DNA of 64,000 nt from an uncultured Bacteroidales bacterium (GCA_903916595.1 CAIWXI010000049.1:23396-87395); one strand, 5' to 3'; shown: positions 1 to 8,430, numbered from the stretch's first letter. A program made the numbers and translations. The notes: generated by a model from the sequence alone, not told the origin.

Positions 1-2
1 TT

Positions 3-338
3 GTAAAAACCTATCTCAGCGGGAAATATGAGCTTGATATCGCTTCCACCGCCGAAACTGCGCTGATAATGGCTCCCGAGGGACTATATGATGTGATCCT
101 TATGGATATCAACCTGGGCCCCGGCATGGACGGAATACAAGCCACCCGGGAGATCAGAAAACTAACAGGTTATGCCGAAGTCCCCGTGATTGCAGTAACG
201 GGCTTCACCATGGCCGGTATGAAAGAAAAGATTATGGATGGAGGAGCCTCGTATTTCCTGGCAAAGCCATTCGGTAAAAATAGCCTCGTGGATCTGCTGG
301 TAACAGTGCTGCCAGAGGAAGGAAGGACTGATGACTGA
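3..338 (+). CDS. response-regulator receiver (REC) domain, 5' end cut by the window edge; probably the C-terminal REC of a hybrid sensor kinase
   Basis: The frame is open from nt 3 (VKTYLSGKYELDIASTAETALIMAPEGLYDVILMDINLGPGMDG...), so the ATG at 69 in the ORF track is internal. DVILMDINLGPGMDG (phospho-acceptor Asp context), VIAVTG and FLAKPF are classic REC motifs. Confidence 0.8.
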   Translation, partial: VKTYLSGKYELDIASTAETALIMAPEGLYDVILMDINLGPGMDGIQATREIRKLTGYAEVPVIAVTGFTMAGMKEKIMDGGASYFLAKPFGKNSLVDLLVTVLPEEGRTDD

Positions 339-381
339 TGGCAGATATCAGATTTTTCACCATTTCACCATTTCACCATTT
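328..381 (+). repeat. four phased heptamers (CTGATGA CTGATGG CAGATAT CAGATTT) followed by (ATTTCACC)x3.5
   Basis: Read directly. Overlaps the REC stop and ends 9 nt before the GT2 ATG. Confidence 0.9.
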
Positions 382-389
382 AACAATCC

Positions 390-1403
390 ATGTCCACCTT
401 CAGCATCCTCGTCCCTACCTATAATCATGAGCAGTTTATCGACGACTGTATCCGCTCGGTAGTTGCCCAGACCTTTACTGATTGGGAAATGATCGTGCTC
501 GACGACGGGAGTCCCGACGGAACTGGCGCTCTGGTGAGGGAATGGGCTAAATCGGAGCTGAGGATCACCTACATCCGCCAGTCCAACAAAGGGATCTTCA
601 GGCTGTTCGAAACCAATAATTACGGACTGGGGATATCCAAAGGAAAATATATTTGTATTCTTGAGGGGGATGATTACTGGGAAAAGGATAAGCTGCAAAA
701 ACAGTTCAATGCCCTGGAAAGTCACCCTGAAGTGGTTCTCTGCTGGGGGAAAGTCAATGCCTTTTCATCCGAGACCAAAAAAATTCACACTATACTTCCC
801 ATGGTGGGCAGCACCGTCCCATTCTCATGGAACAATAATCCCTCAGGTAATATTTTAAACAATCTGTGTCTCGATAATTTCATTCCTTCGGTAACTATAA
901 CGATGCGAAGAACGGCTCTTGAAGAGATCGGCGGGTTCCAGGAACTGCAGGGATTTCCCGCAACAGATCTGCCCACGGTTCTAAAACTGGCAACCATGGG
1001 GCCGTTTTATTTCTGTAATGAGATCCTTGCCAATTACAGGATACAGAGCAACCAGATCACAAAAGTATATTCTATCAAATTACTGGAACAAAGAATACAG
1101 TTCATCCACGGGTTTATCGCTTCCCTGCCTCCCGTGATAAAACAACAGCTTATGCTGACGACCCCGCAACTGGACCGGCATTTCAGAAAGACCCGGCTGA
1201 TAACCCGTGTTGTTTCGGGCCGTCACAAGCTCATCCGCCAGGAATATAAAGAAGCAAGAAAAGATTTTCTTGCCGCCCTCGAAACCCGATCAGCTTTACT
1301 CCCCGCCTGGAGGCTTGCGGCATTCGCCGGACTGGTTTTCGGCCTCTTCCACCGCAACATGGAAGGATTGCTGCAGGTCCTGGGTAAGACGGGATACCGG
1401 TAA
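390..1403 (+). CDS. glycosyltransferase family 2 (GT-A fold)
   Basis: N-terminus FSILVPTYNHEQFIDDCIRSVVAQTFTDWEMIVLDDGSPDGT plus LEGDDYW (DXD-type) is the GT2 signature. Confidence 0.85.
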   Translation: MSTFSILVPTYNHEQFIDDCIRSVVAQTFTDWEMIVLDDGSPDGTGALVREWAKSELRITYIRQSNKGIFRLFETNNYGLGISKGKYICILEGDDYWEKDKLQKQFNALESHPEVVLCWGKVNAFSSETKKIHTILPMVGSTVPFSWNNNPSGNILNNLCLDNFIPSVTITMRRTALEEIGGFQELQGFPATDLPTVLKLATMGPFYFCNEILANYRIQSNQITKVYSIKLLEQRIQFIHGFIASLPPVIKQQLMLTTPQLDRHFRKTRLITRVVSGRHKLIRQEYKEARKDFLAALETRSALLPAWRLAAFAGLVFGLFHRNMEGLLQVLGKTGYR

Positions 1404-1414
1404 GGCGCTTCGCA

Positions 1415-1470
1415 CCGATAACAGATATCGGATAACGGATGTCGGATAACAGATGTCGGATAACAGATGA
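1415..1470. repeat. eight phased heptamers CCGATAA CAGATAT CGGATAA CGGATGT CGGATAA CAGATGT CGGATAA CAGATGA
   Basis: Read directly. Begins 12 nt after the GT2 stop. Confidence 0.9.
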
Positions 1471-1507
1471 CTGAATTTTGTATTTTTGACTTTTTAAAAT
1501 CGATTGC

Positions 1508-1846
1508 ATGAAAATTATCGCTCAGCCTGTCATCTTATCTGAACTTTGGGAAAACCGGGAGGTTGATTTTACTGAAATGATGAAAATTGTTGTTGATGTG
1601 AAGCAGGAGATTCTCGCTATCGATGCTGAAATGCATGCTGATCTCGAACAGGATTTGCTGGCCGAAGGGAGTCAGCAACAGGATCTCTGGGGCGCAAACA
1701 TCTATCCTTTAAAAGAAGCGGATGATCGGTTAGAATACACATCTTTCATTAATATAAGGCCTTCACTGGGAAACAGTTCCATGGAGGTCATTGATCCCGG
1801 CATCAGAAATAAAATTGCTGCAATCGCAGATCATTTGCTGATATGA
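1508..1846 (+). CDS. hypothetical small acidic protein (possibly DUF5674-like; recollection only)
   Basis: 112-aa ORF with ATG start, bracketed by heptamer arrays and with no competing ORF. No catalytic motif recognised. Confidence 0.5.
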   Translation: MKIIAQPVILSELWENREVDFTEMMKIVVDVKQEILAIDAEMHADLEQDLLAEGSQQQDLWGANIYPLKEADDRLEYTSFINIRPSLGNSSMEVIDPGIRNKIAAIADHLLI

Positions 1847-1854
1847 TTCGAGAG

Positions 1855-1933
1855 TCGTACATCGTAATTCGTACATCGTACATCGTACTTTATACATCGT
1901 AATTCGTAAATCGTAATTCGTAAATCGTAAATC
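1855..1933. repeat. eleven phased heptamers TCGTA[CA][AT] (one degenerate TTATACA)
   Basis: Read directly. Fills the 1847-1936 spacer. Confidence 0.9.
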
Positions 1934-1936
1934 AAA

Positions 1937-2299
1937 GTGTATCCCCTCGTCTATCATAAAACCCTTACCACCGAAAAGTGGAACTCATATCCCCGCTTTC
2001 AGCAAATCCTGATGATTGCAAATGAGATGAACCGTGCGCAGAATGCACTGCTGAAAAACGACACTCAAAACGCCATACATGCCTGGGAACGCGCATTTGA
2101 ACTGACAGATCTTACAATCAACGACTCCAGTAATGTCAGATATTTAAAGGAGCTCCTTCGCTTCAGGGAATTATCGGGGGAATTGTTCCTGAACCCCGAT
2201 GCCGATTTCAGCAAGGCACTTATGAATGCACTGATAAGCCTGGACCCGAAAGCCTGGAATATGTTGAGATATCAGATATCTGCCATCAGTAATCAGTAG
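1937..2299 (+). CDS. hypothetical protein
   Basis: 120-aa ORF with a GTG start 4 nt after the heptamer array. The last ~10 codons (RYQISAISNQ) are encoded by AGATATC/TGCCATC repeat DNA. It overlaps the mutY stop convergently by 7 nt. Confidence 0.45.
   Translation: MYPLVYHKTLTTEKWNSYPRFQQILMIANEMNRAQNALLKNDTQNAIHAWERAFELTDLTINDSSNVRYLKELLRFRELSGELFLNPDADFSKALMNALISLDPKAWNMLRYQISAISNQ
2267..2294. repeat. four phased heptamers AGATATC AGATATC TGCCATC AGTAATC inside the 3' end of ORF 1937..2299
   Basis: Read directly. Same units and orientation as 23458-23499. Confidence 0.85.
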
Positions 2300-3420
2300 T
2301 CCTCCAGATACTTTTCGATGATCCTGTGGACCGGCAAATCATTGAACTTGCTCCGAAGGATATATGTACCGAATTTTTCGGAGGGCTTTTCGATTTCGAG
2401 GGTGTAAAACCTGGCGGTGATCTTTAGATGGCTCAGAAGATGACTGACTTGCGTAGATTGTCCCAGTACCTTTACCTTGCTCGCCCCGAAAAACTGTCGC
2501 CATTCGGGGGTGTTCATCAGCCTTTGCAGGTTTACTGTTTTTGAAGTTTCAATCAGCGGAAATTCGTACAAGCCCTTCCAGATATCATTTCCTGTACGTT
2601 TCCTGAAAAATAATCCCTTTTTCCCTCTTACGCTAATCACCAGGTAATTGAAATACCTGGGCTTCAGAGGTTGCTGCTGTTTTTTTAGCGGAAGTTTTTC
2701 GACCATCCCGAATTTCAGCGCGTAACAGCTGTCGTTGAAAATGCAGTTATTGCACTGCGGATTACGTGGCACGCAATATGTTGCGCCGAATTCGATCATT
2801 GCCTGGTTGAACGTGCCGGATGTCGGATGCGGGATATGGGATACGGGATGCAAGATATCCTGCATCCTGCATCCTGCATCTTGTAACCTGCATCCTGCAT
2901 CCTGAATCTGTTCCATCAAACCATTCAGCACCTCCATGATCTCCTTCTTCACAGCAGCCTCATCAACCGGCCCGGTGATCCCGAAATGGCGGGTTATGAA
3001 ACGAATCACATTTCCATCCATTACAGGGTGGGGAAGACCGAAGCAGACTGAAGCAATCGCTGCAGCAGTGTAATCTCCAATCCCCTTTAATGCCCGGAGT
3101 CTGTCATAGGTTTCGGGAAATATTCCGTTATACTTTTCAACGATGTCATTTGCCGTGGAATGCAGATTGCGTGCCCTCGAATAATAACCCAGCCCCTGCC
3201 ATTGTTTCAACACCTCATCCTCAGTGGCCACGGCGAGGTCCTGAACCGTGGGAAAGACATCAGCGAACTTGTTATAATAAGGAACTCCCTGTTCAATGCG
3301 GGTTTGCTGCATAATGATCTCCGAAAGCCAGATCAGATAGGGATCGGTCGTCCGCCGAAAAGGAAAATCCCGGGCATTTGCCTTGTACCATTTAAAAAGC
3401 TTGTTCAGGAAATCATTCAT
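2293..3420 (-). CDS. mutY: A/G-specific adenine DNA glycosylase MutY, carrying a ~31-codon in-frame repeat insertion
   Basis: HhH-GPD motifs (LIWLSEIIMQQTRIEQG, LGYYSRARNLH, LKGIGDYTAAAIASVCFG), Fe-S loop CVPRNPQCNNCIFNDSC and a C-terminal NUDIX-like domain. Start moved to ATG 3420 (MNDFLNKLFKWY) because the 29 upstream codons of the track ORF are GTGNNNC repeat DNA and a -7 box lies at 3428-3435. Confidence 0.85.
   Translation of the reverse strand: MNDFLNKLFKWYKANARDFPFRRTTDPYLIWLSEIIMQQTRIEQGVPYYNKFADVFPTVQDLAVATEDEVLKQWQGLGYYSRARNLHSTANDIVEKYNGIFPETYDRLRALKGIGDYTAAAIASVCFGLPHPVMDGNVIRFITRHFGITGPVDEAAVKKEIMEVLNGLMEQIQDAGCRLQDAGCRMQDILHPVSHIPHPTSGTFNQAMIEFGATYCVPRNPQCNNCIFNDSCYALKFGMVEKLPLKKQQQPLKPRYFNYLVISVRGKKGLFFRKRTGNDIWKGLYEFPLIETSKTVNLQRLMNTPEWRQFFGASKVKVLGQSTQVSHLLSHLKITARFYTLEIEKPSEKFGTYILRSKFNDLPVHRIIEKYLEDY
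2816..2908. repeat. 13 phased heptamers forming an imperfect palindrome (GGATG-type arm / CCTGCAT-type arm) centred on GATATC 2854-2859, in frame inside mutY
   Basis: CCGGATG TCGGATG CGGGATA TGGGATA CGGGATG CAAGATA | TCCTGCA TCCTGCA TCCTGCA TCTTGTA ACCTGCA TCCTGCA TCCTGAA. Confidence 0.9.
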
Positions 3421-3427
3421 AGAGTTG

Positions 3428-3435
3428 CAAAAGTA
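3428..3435 (-). promoter_or_regulatory. Bacteroidota -7 box TActTTTG, 7 nt upstream of the mutY ATG
   Basis: The plus strand reads CAAAAGTA. Matches the TAnnTTTG consensus. Confidence 0.4.
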
Positions 3436-3452
3436 CGATAAGTAGTGAAACG

Positions 3453-3508
3453 GTGAGCCATGAGCCGTGACACGTGACACGTGACACGTGGTACGTGCTT
3501 CGTACATC
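3453..3508. repeat. eight phased heptamers GTGNNNC (GTGAGCC ATGAGCC GTGACAC x3 GTGGTAC GTGCTTC GTACATC)
   Basis: Read directly. Lies upstream of the mutY start/-7 box. Confidence 0.9.
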
Positions 3509-3593
3509 TGTCCTTCGGCCCCGCATCTTCCACATCTTCACGCCGATTTGAAAAATATATTTCCCTTTACCCCTTGTTTTCCTAAAAAAGTCC

Positions 3594-3601
3594 TATATTT
3601 G
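3594..3601 (+). promoter_or_regulatory. -7 box TAtaTTTG for the HU/bS22-like operon
   Basis: 67 nt upstream of ATG 3669. Confidence 0.55.
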
Positions 3602-3668
3602 CAAACCCATTCCGGGATCAATCAAAAACATTCAGTATTAAATATATATAAACAAATCATCAGGTAAA

Positions 3669-3959
3669 ATGACAAAAGCAGAAATTGTAGCAGAAATTGC
3701 TAACAAGACCGGAATCGAGAAGGTCGCTGTCCAGGCTTCGGTCGAAGCCTTTATGGAAACCATTAAAACTTCCATGATAACCGGCCAGAATGTTTATCTT
3801 AGGGGATTCGGCAGTTTCATTATCAAGAAACGCGCAGAGAAAACAGGAAGAAATATTTCAAAGAACACCACCTTGATTATTCCCGCCCACAACATTCCTT
3901 CTTTCAAACCTGCCAAGACCTTTGTGACCAAGGTGAAAAGTCACGTCAAGGCTAAGTAA
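3669..3959 (+). CDS. hup: HU family DNA-binding protein
   Basis: 96 aa. MTKAEIVAEIANKTGI...VYLRGFGSF...RNISKNTTLIIPAHNIPSFKPAK is the HU/IHF fold signature including the beta-arm. Confidence 0.9.
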   Translation: MTKAEIVAEIANKTGIEKVAVQASVEAFMETIKTSMITGQNVYLRGFGSFIIKKRAEKTGRNISKNTTLIIPAHNIPSFKPAKTFVTKVKSHVKAK

Positions 3960-3978
3960 GCAAATTTATAAACAGGAT

Positions 3979-4068
3979 ATGCCGAGCGGAAAGAAACGTA
4001 AAAGACATAAGATGGCCACACACAAGCGTAAAAAACGCTTGCGTAAGAACCGGCACAAGAAGAAGTAA
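3979..4068 (+). CDS. 29-aa highly basic micro-protein (bS22/AURKAIP1-like candidate ribosomal protein); not in the ORF track
   Basis: ATG 3979 to TAA 4066-4068 encodes MPSGKKRKRHKMATHKRKKRLRKNRHKKK. It lies 19 nt after the HU stop on the same strand. The composition and KKRKR..HKRKKRLRK pattern resemble mycobacterial bS22. Confidence 0.5.
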   Translation: MPSGKKRKRHKMATHKRKKRLRKNRHKKK

Positions 4069-4163
4069 CGCATGCAATTCGCATGGGCCTTCCCTGCTAC
4101 AATTCCTATGTTCCTTACAATTCCCGGATCTCATCCGGCCTTTGTAATCAATCTACTATATAA

Positions 4164-5717
4164 GTGAACAAGGAACTCATCATCAACTCGACTTCATCGG
4201 AAGTCGAAATCGCCCTTCTGGAAGACAAGCTCCTTGTTGAGCTGAATAAGGAAAAGTCAAACAACGAGTATTCCGTAGGTGATATTTATTTGGGCCGGAT
4301 CAAGAAGATCATGCCAGGGCTGAATGCGGCTTTCGTCGACGTGGGTTACGAGAAGGATGCATTCCTTCATTACCTCGACCTTGGTCCCCAGGTTCAGTCC
4401 TTACTTAAATACATCAGACAGGCACAGTCGGGCAACGCACAGAATTTTAATTTAGGTGATTTTGTTTTTGAACCCGAGATTCTCAAGACGGGCAAGATAA
4501 ATCACGTACTGAAATCCGGTTCGAACATCCTGATTCAGATCGCCAAGGAACCTATCTCTACCAAAGGCCCGAGGGTATCTTCGGAACTTGCGTTTGCAGG
4601 CAGGTATCTGGTGCTGATTCCCTTTTCCGACAAAATTTCTGTTTCTCAAAAGATTAAGTCGGCGGAAGAGCGTAATCGGTTAAAACGACTTATTACCAGT
4701 ATCAAGCCAAAAAATTGCGGGGTGATCATCCGCACGGTAGCCGAGAACAAGCTGGTGGCCGACCTCGATGCCGACCTCAGGTCTTTATACAAGCGTTGGG
4801 AGTCCATCTCACAAAAACTGGTTGCCGCCAAGCCACCGGTAAAAATCATTGGCGAAATTGACCGTACTTCGGCTATCCTCAGGGACGCCCTCAACGAATC
4901 GTTTAACAATATCGTGGTGAACGATGCTACCCTGTTCGAGGAGATCAAAGCCTATATTGGCAAGATCTTTCCCGACAAGATAGGCATTGTAAAGCTTCAT
5001 TCGGGCAAGACGCCGATCTTCGAACAATATGGTATTGATAAGCAGATCAAGGGCACTTTCGGGAAGACCGTTACGATCAAAAGCGGAACGTATCTGGTAA
5101 TAGAACATACCGAAGCACTTCATGTGATCGATATTAATAGCGGGCATCGTGTGAACCAGGACCAGAACCAGGAAATGAATGCCCTGGAAACCAACCTGGA
5201 AGCCGCCGCGGAAGTCGCCCGTCAGCTTCGGCTGCGCGATATGGGCGGCATCATCGTGATCGACTTTATCGACATGACCCTGGGGCAGAACCGACGCAAG
5301 CTGTTCGATAAGCTCAGGGATGAGATGAAAAGAGACCGTGCCAAGCACAGCATCCTTCCCCCAAGCAAATTCGGACTAGTACAGATCACCCGGCAGAGGG
5401 TACGTCCCGAAATGAACGTGCAGATTCTCGAGAAATGCTCGGCTTGCGACGGAACAGGAGAAATACGTCCCAGTATCCTGCTTACCGACGAGATCGAGAA
5501 CAACCTCAGTTACCTCGTTCGCGAACAAAACGAAAAAGACCTTACCCTTATCGTCCATCCCTTCGTACATGCATTCCTCGTCAAAGGGTTCTTCAAAAAC
5601 GAACTTTCGAAATGGAAAAGCAAATACAAGGTTAAACTCAAACTCGAACCCCAGAACTCATACCATTTTCTCGAATACCATTTTTATAATAAGAATGGGG
5701 ACGAGATAAAGATGTAA
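4164..5717 (+). CDS. rng: ribonuclease E/G family (RNase G-like)
   Basis: S1 domain (GDIYLGRIKKIMPGLNAAFVDVG), catalytic-core motifs (HVIDINSG, GGIIVIDFIDM) and a Cys-containing Zn-link region (CSACDGTG). GTG start. Confidence 0.85.
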   Translation: MNKELIINSTSSEVEIALLEDKLLVELNKEKSNNEYSVGDIYLGRIKKIMPGLNAAFVDVGYEKDAFLHYLDLGPQVQSLLKYIRQAQSGNAQNFNLGDFVFEPEILKTGKINHVLKSGSNILIQIAKEPISTKGPRVSSELAFAGRYLVLIPFSDKISVSQKIKSAEERNRLKRLITSIKPKNCGVIIRTVAENKLVADLDADLRSLYKRWESISQKLVAAKPPVKIIGEIDRTSAILRDALNESFNNIVVNDATLFEEIKAYIGKIFPDKIGIVKLHSGKTPIFEQYGIDKQIKGTFGKTVTIKSGTYLVIEHTEALHVIDINSGHRVNQDQNQEMNALETNLEAAAEVARQLRLRDMGGIIVIDFIDMTLGQNRRKLFDKLRDEMKRDRAKHSILPPSKFGLVQITRQRVRPEMNVQILEKCSACDGTGEIRPSILLTDEIENNLSYLVREQNEKDLTLIVHPFVHAFLVKGFFKNELSKWKSKYKVKLKLEPQNSYHFLEYHFYNKNGDEIKM

Positions 5718-5725
5718 TTTAATGG

Positions 5726-5790
5726 ACGATGTACAATGTACGATGTACGATTAAAGAGTCCTTCGTACATCGTACATCGTAAATCGTACA
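5726..5790. repeat. inverted heptamer arrays (ACGATGT ACAATGT ACGATGT ACGA / TCGTACA TCGTACA TCGTAAA TCGTACA) giving a ~25-bp hairpin with a 12-nt loop
   Basis: Read directly. Occupies the rng-trpS spacer and ends 4 nt before the trpS ATG. Confidence 0.9.
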
Positions 5791-5794
5791 TTCC

Positions 5795-6796
5795 ATGATC
5801 ATGCAAACCGTAGTTAGCGGAATCCGCCCCACCGGCAACCTACATCTGGGCAATTACTTCGGCGCCCTGAAGAACTTCGTAAGGATGCAGCAGGAGAATA
5901 ACTGCTATTTCTTTATTGCGGATTATCACTCCCTTACCACCCATCCTACTCCCGCCGATCTTCACGGAAATGTGAAAACCGTGCTGGCTGAATTCCTCGC
6001 TGCCGGACTCGACCCTGAAAAAGCCACCATATATATACAGAGCGACCTTCCCGAAACAGCTGAGCTCTACCTGCTGCTGAATATGAACGCTTACATCGGC
6101 GAGCTGGAACGCTGTACTTCTTTCAAAGACAAGATACGCACCCAGCCGCAGAATGTGAATGCCGGATTGCTTACCTATCCTACGCTGATGGCTGCGGATA
6201 TCATTATCCACAGGGCACACAAGGTACCCGTGGGCAAGGACCAGGAACAACATCTCGAGATGACCCGTACCTTTGCGAACCGTTTTAACCGCATGTACAA
6301 GGTGGAGTTCTTCCCTGAGCCACAGGCCTTTAACTTCGGCGAAGAGCTTGTCAAAATACCCGGACTGGATGGTTCCCTTAAGATGTCCAAGTCAGACAAT
6401 GAAAATTCAGCGATCTTTTTAGCTGATGCCCCGGAAGTCATCCGCAAGAAAGTAATGAGGGCAACAACCGATACAGGCCCTACCGAACCAGATTCGCCCA
6501 AGCCACAGGCAGTTCAGAACCTGTTCACCCTGATGGAGGATTTTTCGACCAAAGAAGCATACGATCATTTCAACGGATTGTACAACAGCTGCCAGATCCG
6601 TTACGGGGATATGAAAAAGCAACTGGCCGAGGATATCATTAAATTCACAACCCCCATCCGCGAGGAGATCCTCAGGATCAAATCCGACGAAGCTTACATC
6701 AGTAAGGTCGCCCGGCTCGGAGCTGAAAAAGCACATGCCAGCGCCTCGCAAACCATCTCTGAGGTTCGGGAAATCATAGGGTTCAGAAGCTTTTGA
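5795..6796 (+). CDS. trpS: tryptophan--tRNA ligase
   Basis: Class I HIGH-type motif (TGNLHLGNY), KMSKS motif and ~330 aa length. Confidence 0.9.
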   Translation: MIMQTVVSGIRPTGNLHLGNYFGALKNFVRMQQENNCYFFIADYHSLTTHPTPADLHGNVKTVLAEFLAAGLDPEKATIYIQSDLPETAELYLLLNMNAYIGELERCTSFKDKIRTQPQNVNAGLLTYPTLMAADIIIHRAHKVPVGKDQEQHLEMTRTFANRFNRMYKVEFFPEPQAFNFGEELVKIPGLDGSLKMSKSDNENSAIFLADAPEVIRKKVMRATTDTGPTEPDSPKPQAVQNLFTLMEDFSTKEAYDHFNGLYNSCQIRYGDMKKQLAEDIIKFTTPIREEILRIKSDEAYISKVARLGAEKAHASASQTISEVREIIGFRSF

Positions 6797-6799
6797 TTA

Positions 6800-6833
6800 T
6801 CGAATATTGATCAAGGAATATTGAATGTTGAAG
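6800..6833. repeat. GAATATTGA repeated at 14-nt spacing (…GAATATTGATCAAG GAATATTGAATGTTGAAG)
   Basis: Read directly. Related, in the opposite orientation, to 37780-37820. Confidence 0.8.
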
Positions 6834-6843
6834 TTAGTGAACC

Positions 6844-8430
6844 ATGAAACACCTGAAACTTCGGCTTCTGCTGCTTTCCCTCGCTTCCGGATTGCTCTTT
6901 TCCCTTGCCTGGCCTGAGAAAGGAGTTCCGGTCTTGTTGTTTATTGCTTTTGTCCCTTTACTGCGGATGGAGGAGCTTATCAGCTCAAACCGTGAGAAAT
7001 TTAACCGGTTCTCGGTGTTTTTCTGGTCGTATCCCGGTTTCTTCCTGTGGAATTTGCTTACTACCTGGTGGATAGTGAATTCAACCGGACAGGGCGCTGC
7101 CATGGCCGTTTTGCTCAACGCCATGTTCATGAGTATTGTGTTCGCCTTTTTCAGCGGAACAAAGCGCAGGCTGAACAGCAGACCCGCCGGATACCTGGCC
7201 CTGGTCTGTTACTGGGTGATGTTTGAATACCTTCACCTGAACTGGGACCTGAACTGGCCCTGGCTTAACCTCGGAAACGGCTTTGCTTCCTATTCTCACT
7301 GGGTACAGTGGTACGAATATACCGGGGCGTTCGGGGGAACGGTGTGGGTGCTGGTAGCGAATGTGATGATTTTTTCCATTTTAAATGGTGAAATGGTGAA
7401 TCGCCATTTCACCATTTTACTTACTATCCTTCTCCCCATCGCCTTCTCCTACCTCCTCTACTACACTTATAAAGAGAAGGCATGGCCCGTCAACGCTGTG
7501 ATTGTTCAGCCCAACATCGATCCGTATTCCGAGCAGTATGTTCTGCCGCCACAGCAGGTTTTAGGAAGGATCATGAGTATCGCGGGAACCGCTCTTGATT
7601 CCTCGACCAATATCCTGGTGACTCCCGAATCGGCGCTTCAGCAGGAAATGTGGGAGAATGAGTTGGAAACTTTTGAGAGTATTAAACTGGCGAGACAGAT
7701 TATAACAAAGTATCCTGGGCTGAATATTATTCTCGGGGGGACTACTTTTTACGCTTTCAGACCGGACGAGAAAATTCCGCATACCGCCCGGAAGTTCACT
7801 CAGGAGGACCGCTGGTACAACAGGTATAACGCGGCGATCATGGTGAACAGCCATCCGCAGATACAGACCTATCATAAATCAAAACTCACGCCGGGAGTTG
7901 AGATTCTGCCCTCATATAACGGATTCAAATGGCTTGAAAAATATGCTATCGACCTCGGCGGAATTGTCGGAAGCCTCGGCACCGACTCGGTTCGTAAGGT
8001 TCTTCAGGTTGTGAGCATGCCCCCGGTGGCGGCTTGTATCTGCTATGAATCGATTTTCGGGGAATTTTTTGCCGAATTCGTCAGGAATGGCGCCCAGGTG
8101 ATGTGTATTATCACCAACGACGGATGGTGGGGTAATACCGCCGGGCACAGACAGCATTTTTCTTTTGCCCATCTGCGTGCTATCGAGACCCGCCGAAGTA
8201 TTCTCCGATCGGCCAATACCGGGATTTCGGCCGTGATCGACCAAAGGGGCGATGCGCATCAGCAGACGAAATACTGGGTCCCGGCGGTGATCAAAACCAC
8301 TGTTAATGCAAATGATAAAATAACTTTCTACACCGCACATGGCGATTACATCGCGTTCTGGCTTTCGTGGCTCGGCGGATTGCTTTACCTTGGGTCTCTG
8401 GGAGTATGGGTCATGAGGAAACGTATCTGA
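6844..8430 (+). CDS. lnt: apolipoprotein N-acyltransferase
   Basis: Polytopic N-terminal half plus a CN-hydrolase domain with catalytic-Cys context VAACICYESIFGEF. Contains a short in-frame octamer hairpin insert (7383-7417). Confidence 0.85.
   Translation: MKHLKLRLLLLSLASGLLFSLAWPEKGVPVLLFIAFVPLLRMEELISSNREKFNRFSVFFWSYPGFFLWNLLTTWWIVNSTGQGAAMAVLLNAMFMSIVFAFFSGTKRRLNSRPAGYLALVCYWVMFEYLHLNWDLNWPWLNLGNGFASYSHWVQWYEYTGAFGGTVWVLVANVMIFSILNGEMVNRHFTILLTILLPIAFSYLLYYTYKEKAWPVNAVIVQPNIDPYSEQYVLPPQQVLGRIMSIAGTALDSSTNILVTPESALQQEMWENELETFESIKLARQIITKYPGLNIILGGTTFYAFRPDEKIPHTARKFTQEDRWYNRYNAAIMVNSHPQIQTYHKSKLTPGVEILPSYNGFKWLEKYAIDLGGIVGSLGTDSVRKVLQVVSMPPVAACICYESIFGEFFAEFVRNGAQVMCIITNDGWWGNTAGHRQHFSFAHLRAIETRRSILRSANTGISAVIDQRGDAHQQTKYWVPAVIKTTVNANDKITFYTAHGDYIAFWLSWLGGLLYLGSLGVWVMRKRI
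7383..7417. repeat. octamer hairpin AAATGGTGAAATGGTGAA-tcgc-CATTTCACCATTT in frame inside lnt
   Basis: Read directly. Encodes LNGEMVNRHFTIL. Confidence 0.9.
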
